Shown here: piece after piece, positions 28,927 through 39,656 of the stretch | Layout of the letters: every line of letters begins with the position of its first letter | Numbering within the stretch: the first letter of the stretch is position 1 | Source: Terriglobia bacterium | Lineage (GTDB): Bacteria; Acidobacteriota; Terriglobia; 20CM-2-55-15 | Assembly: GCA_965218585.1 (NCBI GenBank) | Contig: CBDCLE010000019.1 | Location: 32,001 to 96,000, forward strand | Length of the DNA stretch: 64,000 bases | Direction: 5' to 3' | The notes under the pieces: generated by a model | Databases searched by the model: none | What the model was told of the DNA's origin: nothing | Seen by the model: the letters and a program-made list of their open reading frames with translations, nothing else | Position numbers and translations under genes: made by a program

Positions 28927-30389
28927 TGCAGCACTCTCCCGGCGAGTTCCAGAACCGGAACTGGGTAGAGTCCCAGCAGCAGGCTTATTGCCGCGCAAAT
29001 CGTCAACGGCGCAACCATCCACGGCACCTCGCGGATTTCTTCGCTGGTCGACGTCTCCTGTTCGAAGTAAGCCTTGTACACAATCGAACCGAGGTAAACC
29101 GCGTTCAGGAGCGAGCTCACCAGAAGTACACCCAACAGAATAAAGCGCCCCTCATCCACGGTGCCGAGCGCAAGGTACCACTTGGAGACAAATCCGCTGG
29201 TCAGAGGAATGCCCACCACGCTCAAGGAAGCCAACACAAAGGCGGCCATAGTCCACGGCATGCGTTTGGCCAGGCCGGACATCTGGCTGATTTCGGTCTT
29301 ATGAGCGGAAACGTAGATCGAACCGGCGCACAAGAAGAGCGTGATCTTCGATACGGCGTGGTTGGTGATATGGGCGACCCCACCCAGCACCCCGCTGGAG
29401 TTCAGGAGTGCCGCTCCCAGGATTATGTAGGAGAGCTGGCTGACCGTGGAGAATGCCAGCCTGGCTTTGAGGTTGTCCTGGCTGAGGGCCAGAAGCGATC
29501 CCGCCAGAATCGTCACTGCGGCAAAGCCCAGAGCCAGTTGGTCTGCGCCGATTTCGCGCATGGCCTCGGGACCGAAGACGAAGAGAAACACCCGAACCGT
29601 GGAGAAAACGCCGGTCTTGACGACGGCCACTGCATGCAGAAGCGCGCTCACCGGTGTCGGGGCCACCATAGCTGCAGGCAGCCAGCTATGCAGCGGCATC
29701 AATGCGTTCTTGGCGAATCCAAACAGGAACAGAGCAAAGATCATTAAGAGAAGCGTAGGTCGCTCGCTGATTTGCTCGGCAGGCAGAATTCCGCCACTGC
29801 GGAATTCCAGGGTCCCGGCTACGTTGTAGGTCAGAACGATGGCGGCCACCAGGAAGACCTTGGCCGCACCTAAAAGATAGATCACGTACTTGCGCGCGCC
29901 AGCTCTGGCCTCGGCTGTCTCGTTGTGCCCCACCAGCGGATAGGTGACCAGGGTCAAGGCCTCGTAAAACACGAACAGCGTGAAGAGGTTGGCAGAGAAA
30001 GCCACTCCGATCGTAGCCGTAAGAGCCAGCGCGAAGCACGAAAAATAGCGAGTTTGTGCGTGCTCTTTGAGAGAACGCATATAGCCGATCGAGTAGAACG
30101 AGGTCAGGATCCAGAGCAGCGACGCCCCCGAGGCAAAAAGAACACCGAAGGCGTCCGCTCGAAAGGCGAGTTCGATACCCGGGAGGATCCTGAAGAGCAC
30201 AAATTCCACCGTTCCACCGGCTAGAACCTCTGGGATCATGCTCGCGATAAGAGCGAACATCACGACACCCGTTGCAATGGACCAGAATTCCCTTAGATTG
30301 GCCCGGCGCTGGCCGGTCCATGCGATGAGGAGCGCACCGAGGGCCGAGACGAGCACCGCTAACAGCGGTATGACCGAAAACGTCACCAT
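28923..30389 (-). CDS. Monovalent cation/H+ antiporter subunit D (MrpD-like)
   Basis: HSWLPAAMVAPTPVSALLHAVAVVK, DNLKARLAFSTVSQLSY. Confidence 0.87.
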   Translation of the reverse strand: MVTFSVIPLLAVLVSALGALLIAWTGQRRANLREFWSIATGVVMFALIASMIPEVLAGGTVEFVLFRILPGIELAFRADAFGVLFASGASLLWILTSFYSIGYMRSLKEHAQTRYFSCFALALTATIGVAFSANLFTLFVFYEALTLVTYPLVGHNETAEARAGARKYVIYLLGAAKVFLVAAIVLTYNVAGTLEFRSGGILPAEQISERPTLLLMIFALFLFGFAKNALMPLHSWLPAAMVAPTPVSALLHAVAVVKTGVFSTVRVFLFVFGPEAMREIGADQLALGFAAVTILAGSLLALSQDNLKARLAFSTVSQLSYIILGAALLNSSGVLGGVAHITNHAVSKITLFLCAGSIYVSAHKTEISQMSGLAKRMPWTMAAFVLASLSVVGIPLTSGFVSKWYLALGTVDEGRFILLGVLLVSSLLNAVYLGSIVYKAYFEQETSTSEEIREVPWMVAPLTICAAISLLLGLYPVPVLELAGRVLQ

Positions 30390-30688
30390 TTGAGTTGGGT
30401 CAGGTCTCCTACGGTGACGCCAGGTTTGTTCCGGTTCAGGGCGATCACAAGCCCCAGACCGATGCCTGCCTCGGCAGCTGCCACAGCGATTACAAAAAGG
30501 GCCATGACCTGGCCTCGCGGATTCTCGAAGTATCGGCTGAAGCCGACCAGAGCAACATTGATGGCATTGAGCATGACCTCAACCGAGACGAGCATCAGGA
30601 TAATGTTGCGCCTGGCCAGGAACCCGAATACACCGATTCCAAACAGGACGGCACTCAATCCCAGAACTGCACCCACGGGCACAATCAT
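30383..30688 (-). CDS. nuoK: NADH-quinone oxidoreductase subunit K
   Basis: RRNII..EVMLNA, GQV, AAAEAGIG. Confidence 0.93.
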   Translation of the reverse strand: MIVPVGAVLGLSAVLFGIGVFGFLARRNIILMLVSVEVMLNAINVALVGFSRYFENPRGQVMALFVIAVAAAEAGIGLGLVIALNRNKPGVTVGDLTQLKW

Positions 30689-31206
30689 GGCCGTAGCGCC
30701 CTCCTTCTTGCAAGGACGACAGCGCCGACGATTGCGGCCAGAAGCACTAGGGAGGCCATCTCGAACGGCAGCGCAAACGGGCCGAAGAGCTCCATACCGA
30801 TCTCGGCAAGGCCCCCTTGTAGTGGACCTCCCGTCGAGGGTGCGCTCCTAGCTCCACCCGGGTCGAGCGGTTCCAGTTGGGCGATAAAGGCTAAGGCTGC
30901 AAAGGGGAGTCCGGCGGCCGCAGCGAACGGCCAATGTTTGCCGAACCGGGGCCGGGTGTCCTCGTCCGACAGGTCGAGCAGCATCACGACGAAGAGGTAG
31001 AAAATCAAGATAGCACCCGCATACACGATGACCTGCACCGCCGCCAGAAACTCCGCGCCGAGCAGCAGGAAGATGCCCGCGACGTGCCCGAAGAGAGCGA
31101 GCACCCAGAGGAGGCTGTGCAGGGGATTTTTCCGTGTCACGGCCAGTAGAGCACTCGCGACCGAGGCGGCCGCCATGTAGTAGAAAGTTGCGGTAAGCAA
31201 GGTCAT
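30685..31206 (-). CDS. nuoJ: NADH-quinone oxidoreductase subunit J
   Basis: AEFLAAVQVIVYAGAI, PFEMAS..LLAAIVGA. Confidence 0.93.
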   Translation of the reverse strand: MTLLTATFYYMAAASVASALLAVTRKNPLHSLLWVLALFGHVAGIFLLLGAEFLAAVQVIVYAGAILIFYLFVVMLLDLSDEDTRPRFGKHWPFAAAAGLPFAALAFIAQLEPLDPGGARSAPSTGGPLQGGLAEIGMELFGPFALPFEMASLVLLAAIVGAVVLARRRALRP

Positions 31207-31430
31207 TCGCCGTCGTAACTAACTGAACTCTTTATACTCCAGATCGCAGATCGTGAGGTCCTGAGGGATGACCAGTCGAAAACGTCGTCGAACGACAGCA
31301 CATTCGTGGTTTCGACCGATCGATAATCAAACCACAACGAGTATGTCGCACGCAAGAGAGCGAAAGCCTTATCGTTGGGCTGGTCAAACCAGACCCGCTA
31401 GCTTGCAGGCGGCGATGCGAGTCGGCTTGT

Positions 31431-31859
31431 TCAACTGGTGATGTATTTTGTCAGTTGCTCGATCTGGGATTGGCTATCTTCGATGATGCCCCGCACCACA
31501 TCCCCGATCGAGATCACACCGACAACTTTTTCATCGGCCACGACCGGCAGGTGTCGGACGCGTTTTTCGGTCATGAGGGCCATCGTCTGTTCGACGGTCG
31601 ATTCGGGATTGACGCAGATAACCGGATGGGACATGATCTCGTGGATCTGGGTTTCCCGGGACGCTTTCCCCTTTAGAATCACCTTGCGAGCGTAATCCCG
31701 TTCGGAGACGATGCCGACAAGTTTTTCTCCCTCCATCACCAGCAGCGCTCCGATCCCCCTCTGGGCCATCTGATCGATGGCTTCGTAGACCGAGGCGTCG
31801 GGGGACAAGGACCAAACGTCCCGCCCCTTGTTGTTTAGGAGATGCAACACCATTGTCAT
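31431..31859 (-). CDS. CBS domain pair protein
   Basis: GIGALLV, GIVSERDYARKV, RHLPV, SIGDVV. SD GGAGG. Confidence 0.9.
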   Translation of the reverse strand: MTMVLHLLNNKGRDVWSLSPDASVYEAIDQMAQRGIGALLVMEGEKLVGIVSERDYARKVILKGKASRETQIHEIMSHPVICVNPESTVEQTMALMTEKRVRHLPVVADEKVVGVISIGDVVRGIIEDSQSQIEQLTKYITS

Positions 31860-32098
31860 GGAGAACCTCCATTGTCTTATCGTGCAGACTAGCATTGTCA
31901 GCTGTGTTGTCACAGGCAAAAGGGGGGGCCGGTGCGCTTCATGAATTTCGGGTTCTGGTGCCCGGACTCGGGCGACCATCCTGGCAGGGCGAAGCCGAGT
32001 ACGTCGAAGGAGTTCTGCGGAAGTTCACAATGAGTGACGCTGCTGGAGATATCCTTATCGATTGAGACGTCCGGAGACGGCGGGGGGGGGCAGATCCG

Positions 32099-32767
32099 AT
32101 GAAGTGGCCACGCATCGACTTCAGTCGACGTAATCTCTTAATTGGTTTTGTAGTGATGGTGGTCGGCGCGGGGATCGCCTATCTACTGATTCCGGAATTA
32201 TTGGTTTGGTCAGGCACCTTGTTGATTGCCGAAGTCGAACCGTTTCCGGCCGATGCAATCGTGGTCCTGGGTGGCGGCGGACCCGACCGGGCCCGCGAAG
32301 CGGCGGACCTTTTCAACGATCGTTTCGCACCCAGGGTTGTGGTGACAACCGAAGAACCGCCGGATAACTATCGCGAGCTGGCCGCGTTGGGCATTGAGCT
32401 GGTCTTGCCCCATGAGAACTATCTTCGGGTTCTCAGAGGGTTCGGAGTCAGAGACCAGGATATCGTCCGGATCGAAGACACCAGCAGCGAATCGATGGAT
32501 GAGTTGATCGGGGTGCGTGAGTTCGCCGCAGGACAGGGCTGGCGCCGACTTATCATCGTGACATCAAACTATCATTCGCGCCGCGCGCTTCTGATAAGCG
32601 AATACGTTTTTGGCGACGACTGGCAGACTGCCGTAATCGGTTCCCGCTACAGCGAGTTCCGGCCCAATGGATGGTGGCAGGAGGTCCGTCACGTTCGTAC
32701 GTTTCTGATCGAGTTCCAGAAGCTCCTCGCCTACGAACTCTACCTGCGGCCCAGACTCTTGTTCTGA
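32099..32767 (+). CDS. YdcF/DUF218 family protein
   Basis: ADAIVVLGGG, IIVTSNYHSRRA, N-terminal TM helix. Confidence 0.85.
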   Translation: MKWPRIDFSRRNLLIGFVVMVVGAGIAYLLIPELLVWSGTLLIAEVEPFPADAIVVLGGGGPDRAREAADLFNDRFAPRVVVTTEEPPDNYRELAALGIELVLPHENYLRVLRGFGVRDQDIVRIEDTSSESMDELIGVREFAAGQGWRRLIIVTSNYHSRRALLISEYVFGDDWQTAVIGSRYSEFRPNGWWQEVRHVRTFLIEFQKLLAYELYLRPRLLF

Positions 32768-32793
32768 TTTTTCTTTACAAACACGGCCCCGCT

Positions 32794-34158
32794 GAGGTCG
32801 TTCCAATCGGTGTGTAAAAAGAGAAGGCGGTGTACGCTTTCGGTGAATTCGAAACCGTAAGCAATCCCGGCAGCAATCGGGAGAAAGGTACACCACCCAT
32901 GAAGAAGAAGAACATACCGGCATCAGTGGCGTCAACGAACGCGTATGAAGGTTTGGAGGACTGGGCGCGATCCCGGGTCCAAGTCTGGCTACAGGAGCTG
33001 CTCGAGGACGAAGTCACTCAATTTCTGGGTCGGGAAAAGTTGGAGCGGAGTCCGAATCGACGAGGATACCGGAACGGTCACGGGAAACCGCGACGCTTCG
33101 CAATGATGAACGGTACGATGGAGGTTCGACGACCTCGGGTTTGAAACACCGCCGAGCGGTTCGAGAGTCAGATCCTGCCGTATTTTCGACGGAAATCGAA
33201 ACAGCTGGGCGAGCTACTTCCCGATCTCTACCTCCACGGTCTGGCCACAGGGGACTTCGAGCAGGCCATGCGCGGACTGCTTGGCGCTGGCGCTCCGTTG
33301 TCGCGAGCATCGATCCAACGACTGAAATCGACCTGGCAGTTGGAGTATGACGAGTGGGTCCAGCAGGACCTGTCCGGCCTCGAGGTCGTGTACCAGTGGG
33401 CAGACGGCTTGTACGTGAAAGCGGGGATCGCGAAAGAGCGAGCGGCATTGCTGGTGATCATCGGAGCCTTGTCAGACGGGCGCAAAGTGGTGTTGGCCTG
33501 TGAGAGCGGGCAGCGGGAAAGCAAGGAGTCCTGGAGCCGCATTCTGCGCAATCTCCAGAGACGGGGCCTGAAGCTGGGACGGCTGACTGTCGCGGACGGT
33601 CACCTGGGCATCTGGTCCGCGCTGGCCGAGCAACAGCCCCAGGGCCAGGAACAACGCTGCTGGCACCACAAGTCGATCAACGTGGTCGATCATCTGCCGA
33701 AGACCGAGCAGCCCGCGGCCAGACAGCTGCTTCATGGGATGGCCTTCGCGAACTCCCGCGCGGTCTGCGAACGAAAGCGGGATCAGTTCGTCCGCCGATA
33801 TGAGAAGAACTATCCCAAAGCGGGTGAGACGCTGTTGCGGGACTGGGACCGGATGATTACTTTCTATGAGTTCCCGAAACAACACTGGGTGCATCTTAGA
33901 ACGACCAACATCGTCGAATCGCCCTTCGACATGGTTCGCCTCCGCACCAACGCCGCTCGCCGATTCAAGCGTGTCGAGAATGCAACGGCAATGATCTGGA
34001 AGCTACTACGTGTCGCTGAGAAGGCTTGGCGACACTTAAAAGGATCCGAACTCTTACAAGAGGTCTATGATGGTCAGCAATTCGCTGACAGCATCAGAGT
34101 CGTGATGAAATCGAAGGCCGCCGCCTGATGACTTTTACACACCTTTTGTAATGACCTC
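32794..34158 (+). mobile_element. IS256 family insertion sequence
   Basis: IRL GAGGTCGTTCCAATCGGTGTGTAAAA, IRR reverse complement GAGGTCATTACAAAAGGTGTGTAAAA. 8-bp TSD GCCCCGCT at 32786-32793 and 34159-34166. Confidence 0.93.
32899..34128 (+). pseudogene. IS256 transposase with a single in-frame TGA
   Basis: YRNG, RPRV*NTAERFES, WADG, DGHLG, QRCWHH, LRTTNIVES. TGA at 33142-33144 with the same frame on both sides. Confidence 0.88.
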
Positions 34159-34229
34159 GCCCCGCTGTATAATTCAGCTACTGGCAGATGAAAGACATGT
34201 GTGGGGAACGCTTTCTTGAAGGAGCGGCC

Positions 34230-35243
34230 ATGTCTGAACTGCGCTTCAATCGCATCACCGGGGACTGGGTGATTATTGCCACCGAGCGGTCCCACAAACC
34301 CGAAGAATTCATTACAGAGCAAGATACGTCGGACCCGCCTGTCCGGGTAGACAAATGTCCTTTCTGTCCTGGCAACGAAAGCAGCTCGGAAACGCTGTCC
34401 CGGACGGACAGAGGCGAATCCTGGGGGGTTCGGCTTGTCCGCAACAAATTTCCTGCGCTGTCGCCCTCGGAGATCAAGCGGAAGAGCGGGAGCAACATGC
34501 GGAGGTCCATGACAGGCTTCGGTCACCACGATGTCGTGATCGAACACCCCGAACACAATCGGTGGCTCTGAAGACAACCGGTGAGTGGTATATCCGAAGT
34601 CTTCGAGACGATTCGGAAGCGTTATGCCGAACTCGGACAGGATCCCCGAATCGAACTGGTCGTCCCCTTCAAGAACCACGGCCGATCGTCCGGGACCTCG
34701 ATATTACACCCGCACTCTCAGGTGGTTGGAACACCGATCATGCCCGCCGATGTCCGTCGACGCGTTTGGGATGCTGTCCGGTATTTCGACGAGAACTCAC
34801 AGTGCCTGTTCTGTTCCGTTATCGAAGACGAGTGTGAATTTGGAGAGCGTGTCGTCCATAAGACTCGTGGATTCGTGAGTTTCATTCCGTACGCAGCACT
34901 ATCACCTTTTCACATCATGTTGTTCTCGACCGAGCACTCTCCGGACTTCGGGCAGCTATCGGAAACGAATCTTTCGGATCTGGCCGAGCATCTGAAAGCC
35001 GTGCTGTCCAAGATCGAACTCGCCCTGCTGGGTCCGGATTTCAATTTCGTCGTCCGCTCCGTGTTCGCCGATCGCACCGATCCGCGAAGTTACCACTGGT
35101 ACCTCTCGATCATTCCACATGTTTCTCGTGTGGCGGGGTTTGAGATGGGTTCGGGGATGTTTATCAACCCCTCGATTCCGGAGGAGACCGCCAGGTTTTT
35201 GCGTGAAGTACCGATTGCCGCGACTGCTCAGGGGGTTGTATAG
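34230..35243 (+). pseudogene. galT: Galactose-1-phosphate uridylyltransferase with an in-frame stop
   Basis: CPFCPGNE, NKFPAL, HPHSQ, CLFC, AGFEMGSG. TGA at 34569-34571. Confidence 0.85.
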
Positions 35244-36217
35244 CCGCTGCGTGTCCGGACTGAGTAGTTGTTCCGATCGCGAATGCGAACCCGAATCTCG
35301 CGGAAGCCCGCCTCGGAAGGATTCGAAGGATAGTATCCGAGAGAGTACTGGTTTCGAAGCTCAGCGGACACTTCATCGAGTACTACGTCGATGTCGTCGC
35401 TGGTGCCCCCTGCCCACGTGCGGGTTACCTTGAAGGCCTGACCTCCACTGGCTTCGGCGAAATCGTTCAGGACGTCCATGTCCACAGGGCCTTCTCTGGG
35501 CGGTCTTCGAAGGATGTTTGCTGAACCGGGAAGGGATGTGCCGGGCCAATCGAAGCGAACGTGTTCTGCGGGGTTTCCAAACCGCATGGCGTCGATACCG
35601 AGTCCGTAAACAAGAACTTCAGTTTCTTCGACCGCGTCGAGTGCATCCCCCAGGCCGAATTCGCTTGCTGTATCCGACCCATCCGTAAGTACGAGAATCG
35701 CCCTTTTGTCGTGGCGTCCCTTTTCCACGGTGTCGAGGCTTGATACCAGCGCATCATAAAGAGACGTACCGCCCCATGGGCGGGCCTCAAGTAACGCTCT
35801 GGAAAGCTGTCTTCGATCGCTCGTCAGGTCCTGGATCAATGAAACACGATCGGAAAAGGTCATGAAAAATACGTCGTCATCCTCGTGCAGCGTTCCCACA
35901 AAGCGTTCGACTGCAGCCAAGGCTGTGTTGATCCGCTTCAACATACTGGCGCTCGTGTCCAGAACGATGCCGATGCTCAAAGGGACGTCACGATCCTGGG
36001 TAAAGTGGACGATCTGTTGAGAAACACCCTCGTCTTCGACGATGAAATCTTCCGGGCCGAGTCCCGTCACATAACGGCCTTCCTCATCGGTGACTGTCGC
36101 CACTACGTTGACCAGTTCCACATCTACTCGAAAAGTGGCTTGTCCACTAGCTGTTGTCGTTGTGAGGATCGATAATGCCGTGAGAATCGATCCTACGACC
36201 TTGAGTTGGGTGTTCAT
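35228..36217 (-). CDS. VWA domain-containing secreted protein (acidobacterial VWFA-related type)
   Basis: FRVDVELVNV, MIDAS DTSAS, TSLYDAL, LTDG, ELRNQYSLGY. Confidence 0.88.
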   Translation of the reverse strand: MNTQLKVVGSILTALSILTTTTASGQATFRVDVELVNVVATVTDEEGRYVTGLGPEDFIVEDEGVSQQIVHFTQDRDVPLSIGIVLDTSASMLKRINTALAAVERFVGTLHEDDDVFFMTFSDRVSLIQDLTSDRRQLSRALLEARPWGGTSLYDALVSSLDTVEKGRHDKRAILVLTDGSDTASEFGLGDALDAVEETEVLVYGLGIDAMRFGNPAEHVRFDWPGTSLPGSANILRRPPREGPVDMDVLNDFAEASGGQAFKVTRTWAGGTSDDIDVVLDEVSAELRNQYSLGYYPSNPSEAGFREIRVRIRDRNNYSVRTRSGYTTP

Positions 36218-36965
36218 CAGTGCGTCATCGCGTAAACGACGAAATTGATACCCATTCGGAAGGCTTCGGTTGAAGGCCGGAGAGGGTAGCGCGCCTGGTC
36301 AATCCAATCCCAGAAATTCGCGAGGTCGTTGTTATAGCAGGCGATGACGGCAACGTCGCCTTCATCGTTCAGCAATCCGTAGTAGAAGGAGTCTCCACCG
36401 GGAACGTACGGGGCCATGACGTTCAGGTCTTCGAGATCGAAGAACGCGTGGAATATCGGATGGCTTATCGTCAGCGAGACGAACTCCTTGTCTGGAAAGG
36501 CTCGTCGGAATTGCTGACGCATCGTCGCGAACTGGTCGGGCCCGTCAAAATCGTCGATGAGTACGAACCTCCCCGGTTGACGTACTGTCGAAGGTTTTCA
36601 ACTTCCAGGTCGGTGAGTGCCATCTCTCCCGGTTCTGAAACATACGTGAAAGGGTGATCGAAAACCCCATCGGTACCCAGATCTACGATCTGGTAGGACG
36701 TTGAACTTACATTCACGCCCGTGGTTTCTGAAATCAACTGGGCAATGTGTTGCTCCGAGTACGGATAGTTATGGGACCAGCCCATGTTTCCAAAGCGGCC
36801 GTTGCCTTGGAATCTCCATCGGGCGATGACCAGTTCGGTTGCCGGCGGGTTGTTCTGATCGATAAAGGTTCTCCCGAAGCGGCCGAACCTCTGTCCGTAA
36901 ACGAGAAGCGAGCCAATCAGGACTAACACGCCGACGAGCAGCGTTATTAGTTTCGGATGTCGCAT
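36217..36965 (-). pseudogene. DUF4159-like protein, frameshifted near 36566
   Basis: WSHNYP, YVSEPG, GG(F)VLVDDF restored by a 1-bp shift, HPIFH, GINFVVYAMTH. Confidence 0.78.
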
Positions 36966-37043
36966 GGGTGCGTCAGGTAAAGCTTAGCCCGATTGGGATT
37001 GGAGGGGGAAAGATTCGAGGTAATCTTTCCAGCGAACTCGAAA

Positions 37044-38177
37044 TCAGGTCAGCCGGCGTTCCAGAAGCGGATTGATACGCGACAGAACTTCGTAAGCGAT
37101 CGTGCCGGTCTTTTCTGCTAGTTCCTCTGCGGTGATTTCACTCGTTCCCTGACGTCCTATGAGGACGACCTCGTCGTCCAGGTTGGTATCCACGTCTGTC
37201 ACGTCCAGTACGGTCATGTTCATGGCCACTCGCCCAACAACTGGAACCGACCCTCCACCGACGAGCGCACGTCCGGAATTCGAGAGCGCGCGATCATAGC
37301 CTTCGTAGTAACCGACGGGAACAACGGCGAGCGTCGTTGGGCGTGTGGCTTGGAAAGATAATCCGTATCCCACGTACTCTCCCGTTTCGATCTTTTTCAG
37401 CTGGGCGATTCGTGTCTTCCAGGTCAGGACGGGTTCGAGGTTGATCCCCCGCCCGCGCTCTCTTGCCGCGACCTGAGTTTCACGTGAAGGCCACACTCCG
37501 TAAGCGCCTATACCCAGGCGGACCAGCGTGAAATGGGTTTCCGGGTAAAGAAGGCCACCTGCCGTTGCGTTGGTGTGGATCTGGGGTGGTGAAGCCCCGC
37601 TATCCCTCAGTTGGGCAATTGCATTCTGGAAACGCTCCAGCTGCAAATTTGCAAACGAGGGATCGAGGGTGTCCTCAATGTTGGCGAAGTGTGTATATAC
37701 GCCTTCGATCTCGATTTGGGAAAGATTCTTCACAAACCGGCCAAAAGTTCCGACTTCATCCAAAGGAATCCCTTGCCTGTTCGTGCCGGTTTCTATCTTC
37801 AGGTGGACTCTTGCAGTCTTTTTCGCCCTCTGGGCGGCTTCCGACAGGGCTTCGGCGACGTCCTGACGGTAGACGACCTGCCGGAAGTCGTTCGCCACTA
37901 TCTGGTCTGCGTCCTCGACCTTGGAATAGCCCAGGATCAGCACGGGTTTTCCGGGGGCCACCTCGCGGACTTCGATGGCCTCGGTGAGTGAGTCGACACC
38001 GAACCAGTCGACGTCGTTCTTGATGGCGTCGGAGACAACACGGAGTCCGTGTCCGTATGCGTTGGATTTGACCACGACCATGAGATTCGTGCCTGAGGAA
38101 AGGACACTTCGAAATGATTCCAGGTTGTTCCGGAGCCGACTGCCGCTGATCTCGATCCAGGATTCGTTCAAACTCAA
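37044..38177 (-). CDS. alr: Alanine racemase
   Basis: VVKSNAYGHG (PLP lysine), HLKIETG, THFA, VGYG, GRVAMN, TIAYE. Confidence 0.95.
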   Translation of the reverse strand: MSLNESWIEISGSRLRNNLESFRSVLSSGTNLMVVVKSNAYGHGLRVVSDAIKNDVDWFGVDSLTEAIEVREVAPGKPVLILGYSKVEDADQIVANDFRQVVYRQDVAEALSEAAQRAKKTARVHLKIETGTNRQGIPLDEVGTFGRFVKNLSQIEIEGVYTHFANIEDTLDPSFANLQLERFQNAIAQLRDSGASPPQIHTNATAGGLLYPETHFTLVRLGIGAYGVWPSRETQVAARERGRGINLEPVLTWKTRIAQLKKIETGEYVGYGLSFQATRPTTLAVVPVGYYEGYDRALSNSGRALVGGGSVPVVGRVAMNMTVLDVTDVDTNLDDEVVLIGRQGTSEITAEELAEKTGTIAYEVLSRINPLLERRLT

Positions 38178-38259
38178 ACGACACTCAACCTTCGGTAGGA
38201 AATTCCCAGCCCCATGCTCACCAGATGCGGATCAATTATACGGTATGCTTAGGGGCCCA

Positions 38260-39009
38260 ATGTCTCAGGGTCACAATCCACCTGCCAGTATCGAATTTCA
38301 AGATGTGAACTACAGGCTGGAGTCCGGGAAGTCCATCGTTGAAGGCCTCAACCTTCGGATTGCGCCGGGTACCTCAGTGGTTCTTCTCGGTCGTAGTGGG
38401 TCGGGTAAGACGACGACGTTGAAGCTGGTGAACCGATTGCTCGAGCCCTCGAATGGCCGGATCGCCGTGGATGGCACTTCAACTCTTGAATGGGATCCGA
38501 TCCGTTTACGCCGGCATATCGGGTACGTGATCCAGGAAGTCGGCCTCTTTCCCCATTTTACTGTTTCTGAGAATGTAGCTCTCGTGCCGTCGCTCGAAGG
38601 CTGGAGTCTGGAGAGGACCGGCCAGCGCGTCCGGGAAATGCTGGGATTGGTGGGTCTCGACCCGCACGATTTCGGCAGCCGCTATCCTGACGAGTTATCG
38701 GGAGGACAACGCCAGAGGGTCGGCGTGGCGCGAGCCCTCGCGGTCGATCCCACGGTGCTGCTTCTGGATGAACCATTCGGGGCGCTCGATCCGATCACCC
38801 GGGCCGAGATCCGGCAGGAGTTTCGAAGCTTACAGGGCCGTTTGAAAAAGACCATGGTGTTCGTGACTCATGATGTGAGCGAAGCCTTCGTTCTGGCCGA
38901 CCTCATTGGGCTCATGAAAGAGGGGAGGCTTCTTGCTCTCGTGCCGCCTGAAGACTTCAGAGAGCTTGACGAGCCTGAAGCGCGACAGTTTATGAGGTCG
39001 CGGACATGA
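38260..39009 (+). CDS. Osmoprotectant (glycine betaine/choline) ABC transporter ATPase
   Basis: GRSGSGKTT, LSGGQRQR, DEPFGALDP. Confidence 0.92.
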   Translation: MSQGHNPPASIEFQDVNYRLESGKSIVEGLNLRIAPGTSVVLLGRSGSGKTTTLKLVNRLLEPSNGRIAVDGTSTLEWDPIRLRRHIGYVIQEVGLFPHFTVSENVALVPSLEGWSLERTGQRVREMLGLVGLDPHDFGSRYPDELSGGQRQRVGVARALAVDPTVLLLDEPFGALDPITRAEIRQEFRSLQGRLKKTMVFVTHDVSEAFVLADLIGLMKEGRLLALVPPEDFRELDEPEARQFMRSRT

Positions 39010-39656
39010 ACATCTTCGAATACATGCTCAGGAATTGGGCCGAGGTCGCCGAACTGACACTGGAACACCTCGTTCTTGTCGGAATATCGACCTCGCTGGC
39101 GATTCTGATCGGTTTTCCACTCGGCGTGATAATGACGCGCCGTGAAAGTTTGAGCCGGCCGATCCTGACGTTTGCCAACATAATGCAGACCATTCCCAGT
39201 CTGGCGCTCTTCGGTTTTCTCATACCGATTCCTTTTATCGGTGGTATCGGTGCGAGGACTGCTATTGTTGCGTTGTTGCTGTACTCGTTGCTGCCCATCA
39301 TTCGCAACACCTACACCGGCATTACGCATGTGGACCCAGCCGTTCGCGAAGCGGCGCTGGGAATGGGAATGACCGACCGGCAGCTCTTGATGCGAGTCGA
39401 GATCCCGCTGGCTATGGGCGTGATCTTTGCGGGGATCCGGGTCGCCACCGTTATCGCGGTCGGTTTGGCGACGATCGCCGCTGCAATCGGAGCCGGCGGT
39501 TTGGGCACCTACATATTCAGAGGGGTCTCGATGGTCGATTCACAACTGATTCTGGCAGGCGCCGTACCCGCGGCGGTGATGGCCCTGCTCGCAGATTTCG
39601 GTTTGGGCCGCGTCGAGCGCCACTGGAGCCGGCACCGCAGGAGGAGTGAGGGTTGA
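39006..39656 (+). CDS. Osmoprotectant ABC transporter permease
   Basis: QTIPSLAL, LLPIIRNT, EAALGMGMT, GAGGLG. Confidence 0.92.
   Translation: MNIFEYMLRNWAEVAELTLEHLVLVGISTSLAILIGFPLGVIMTRRESLSRPILTFANIMQTIPSLALFGFLIPIPFIGGIGARTAIVALLLYSLLPIIRNTYTGITHVDPAVREAALGMGMTDRQLLMRVEIPLAMGVIFAGIRVATVIAVGLATIAAAIGAGGLGTYIFRGVSMVDSQLILAGAVPAAVMALLADFGLGRVERHWSRHRRRSEG

Noticed and set aside
15853-31000. Long plus-strand ORFs antisense to nuo genes (e.g. 27558-28694, 20235-21041)
   Set aside because: Shadow ORFs expected from GC-rich codon bias, with no recognisable motifs
32082-32090. G9 tract before the DUF218 gene as a phase-variation switch
   Set aside because: Single intergenic homopolymer with no supporting context
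33142-34571. Stop-codon reassignment or selenocysteine suggested by two in-frame TGA codons
   Set aside because: TGA terminates many intact genes here, the positions are not catalytic Cys sites, and frameshifts and a TAG lesion also occur
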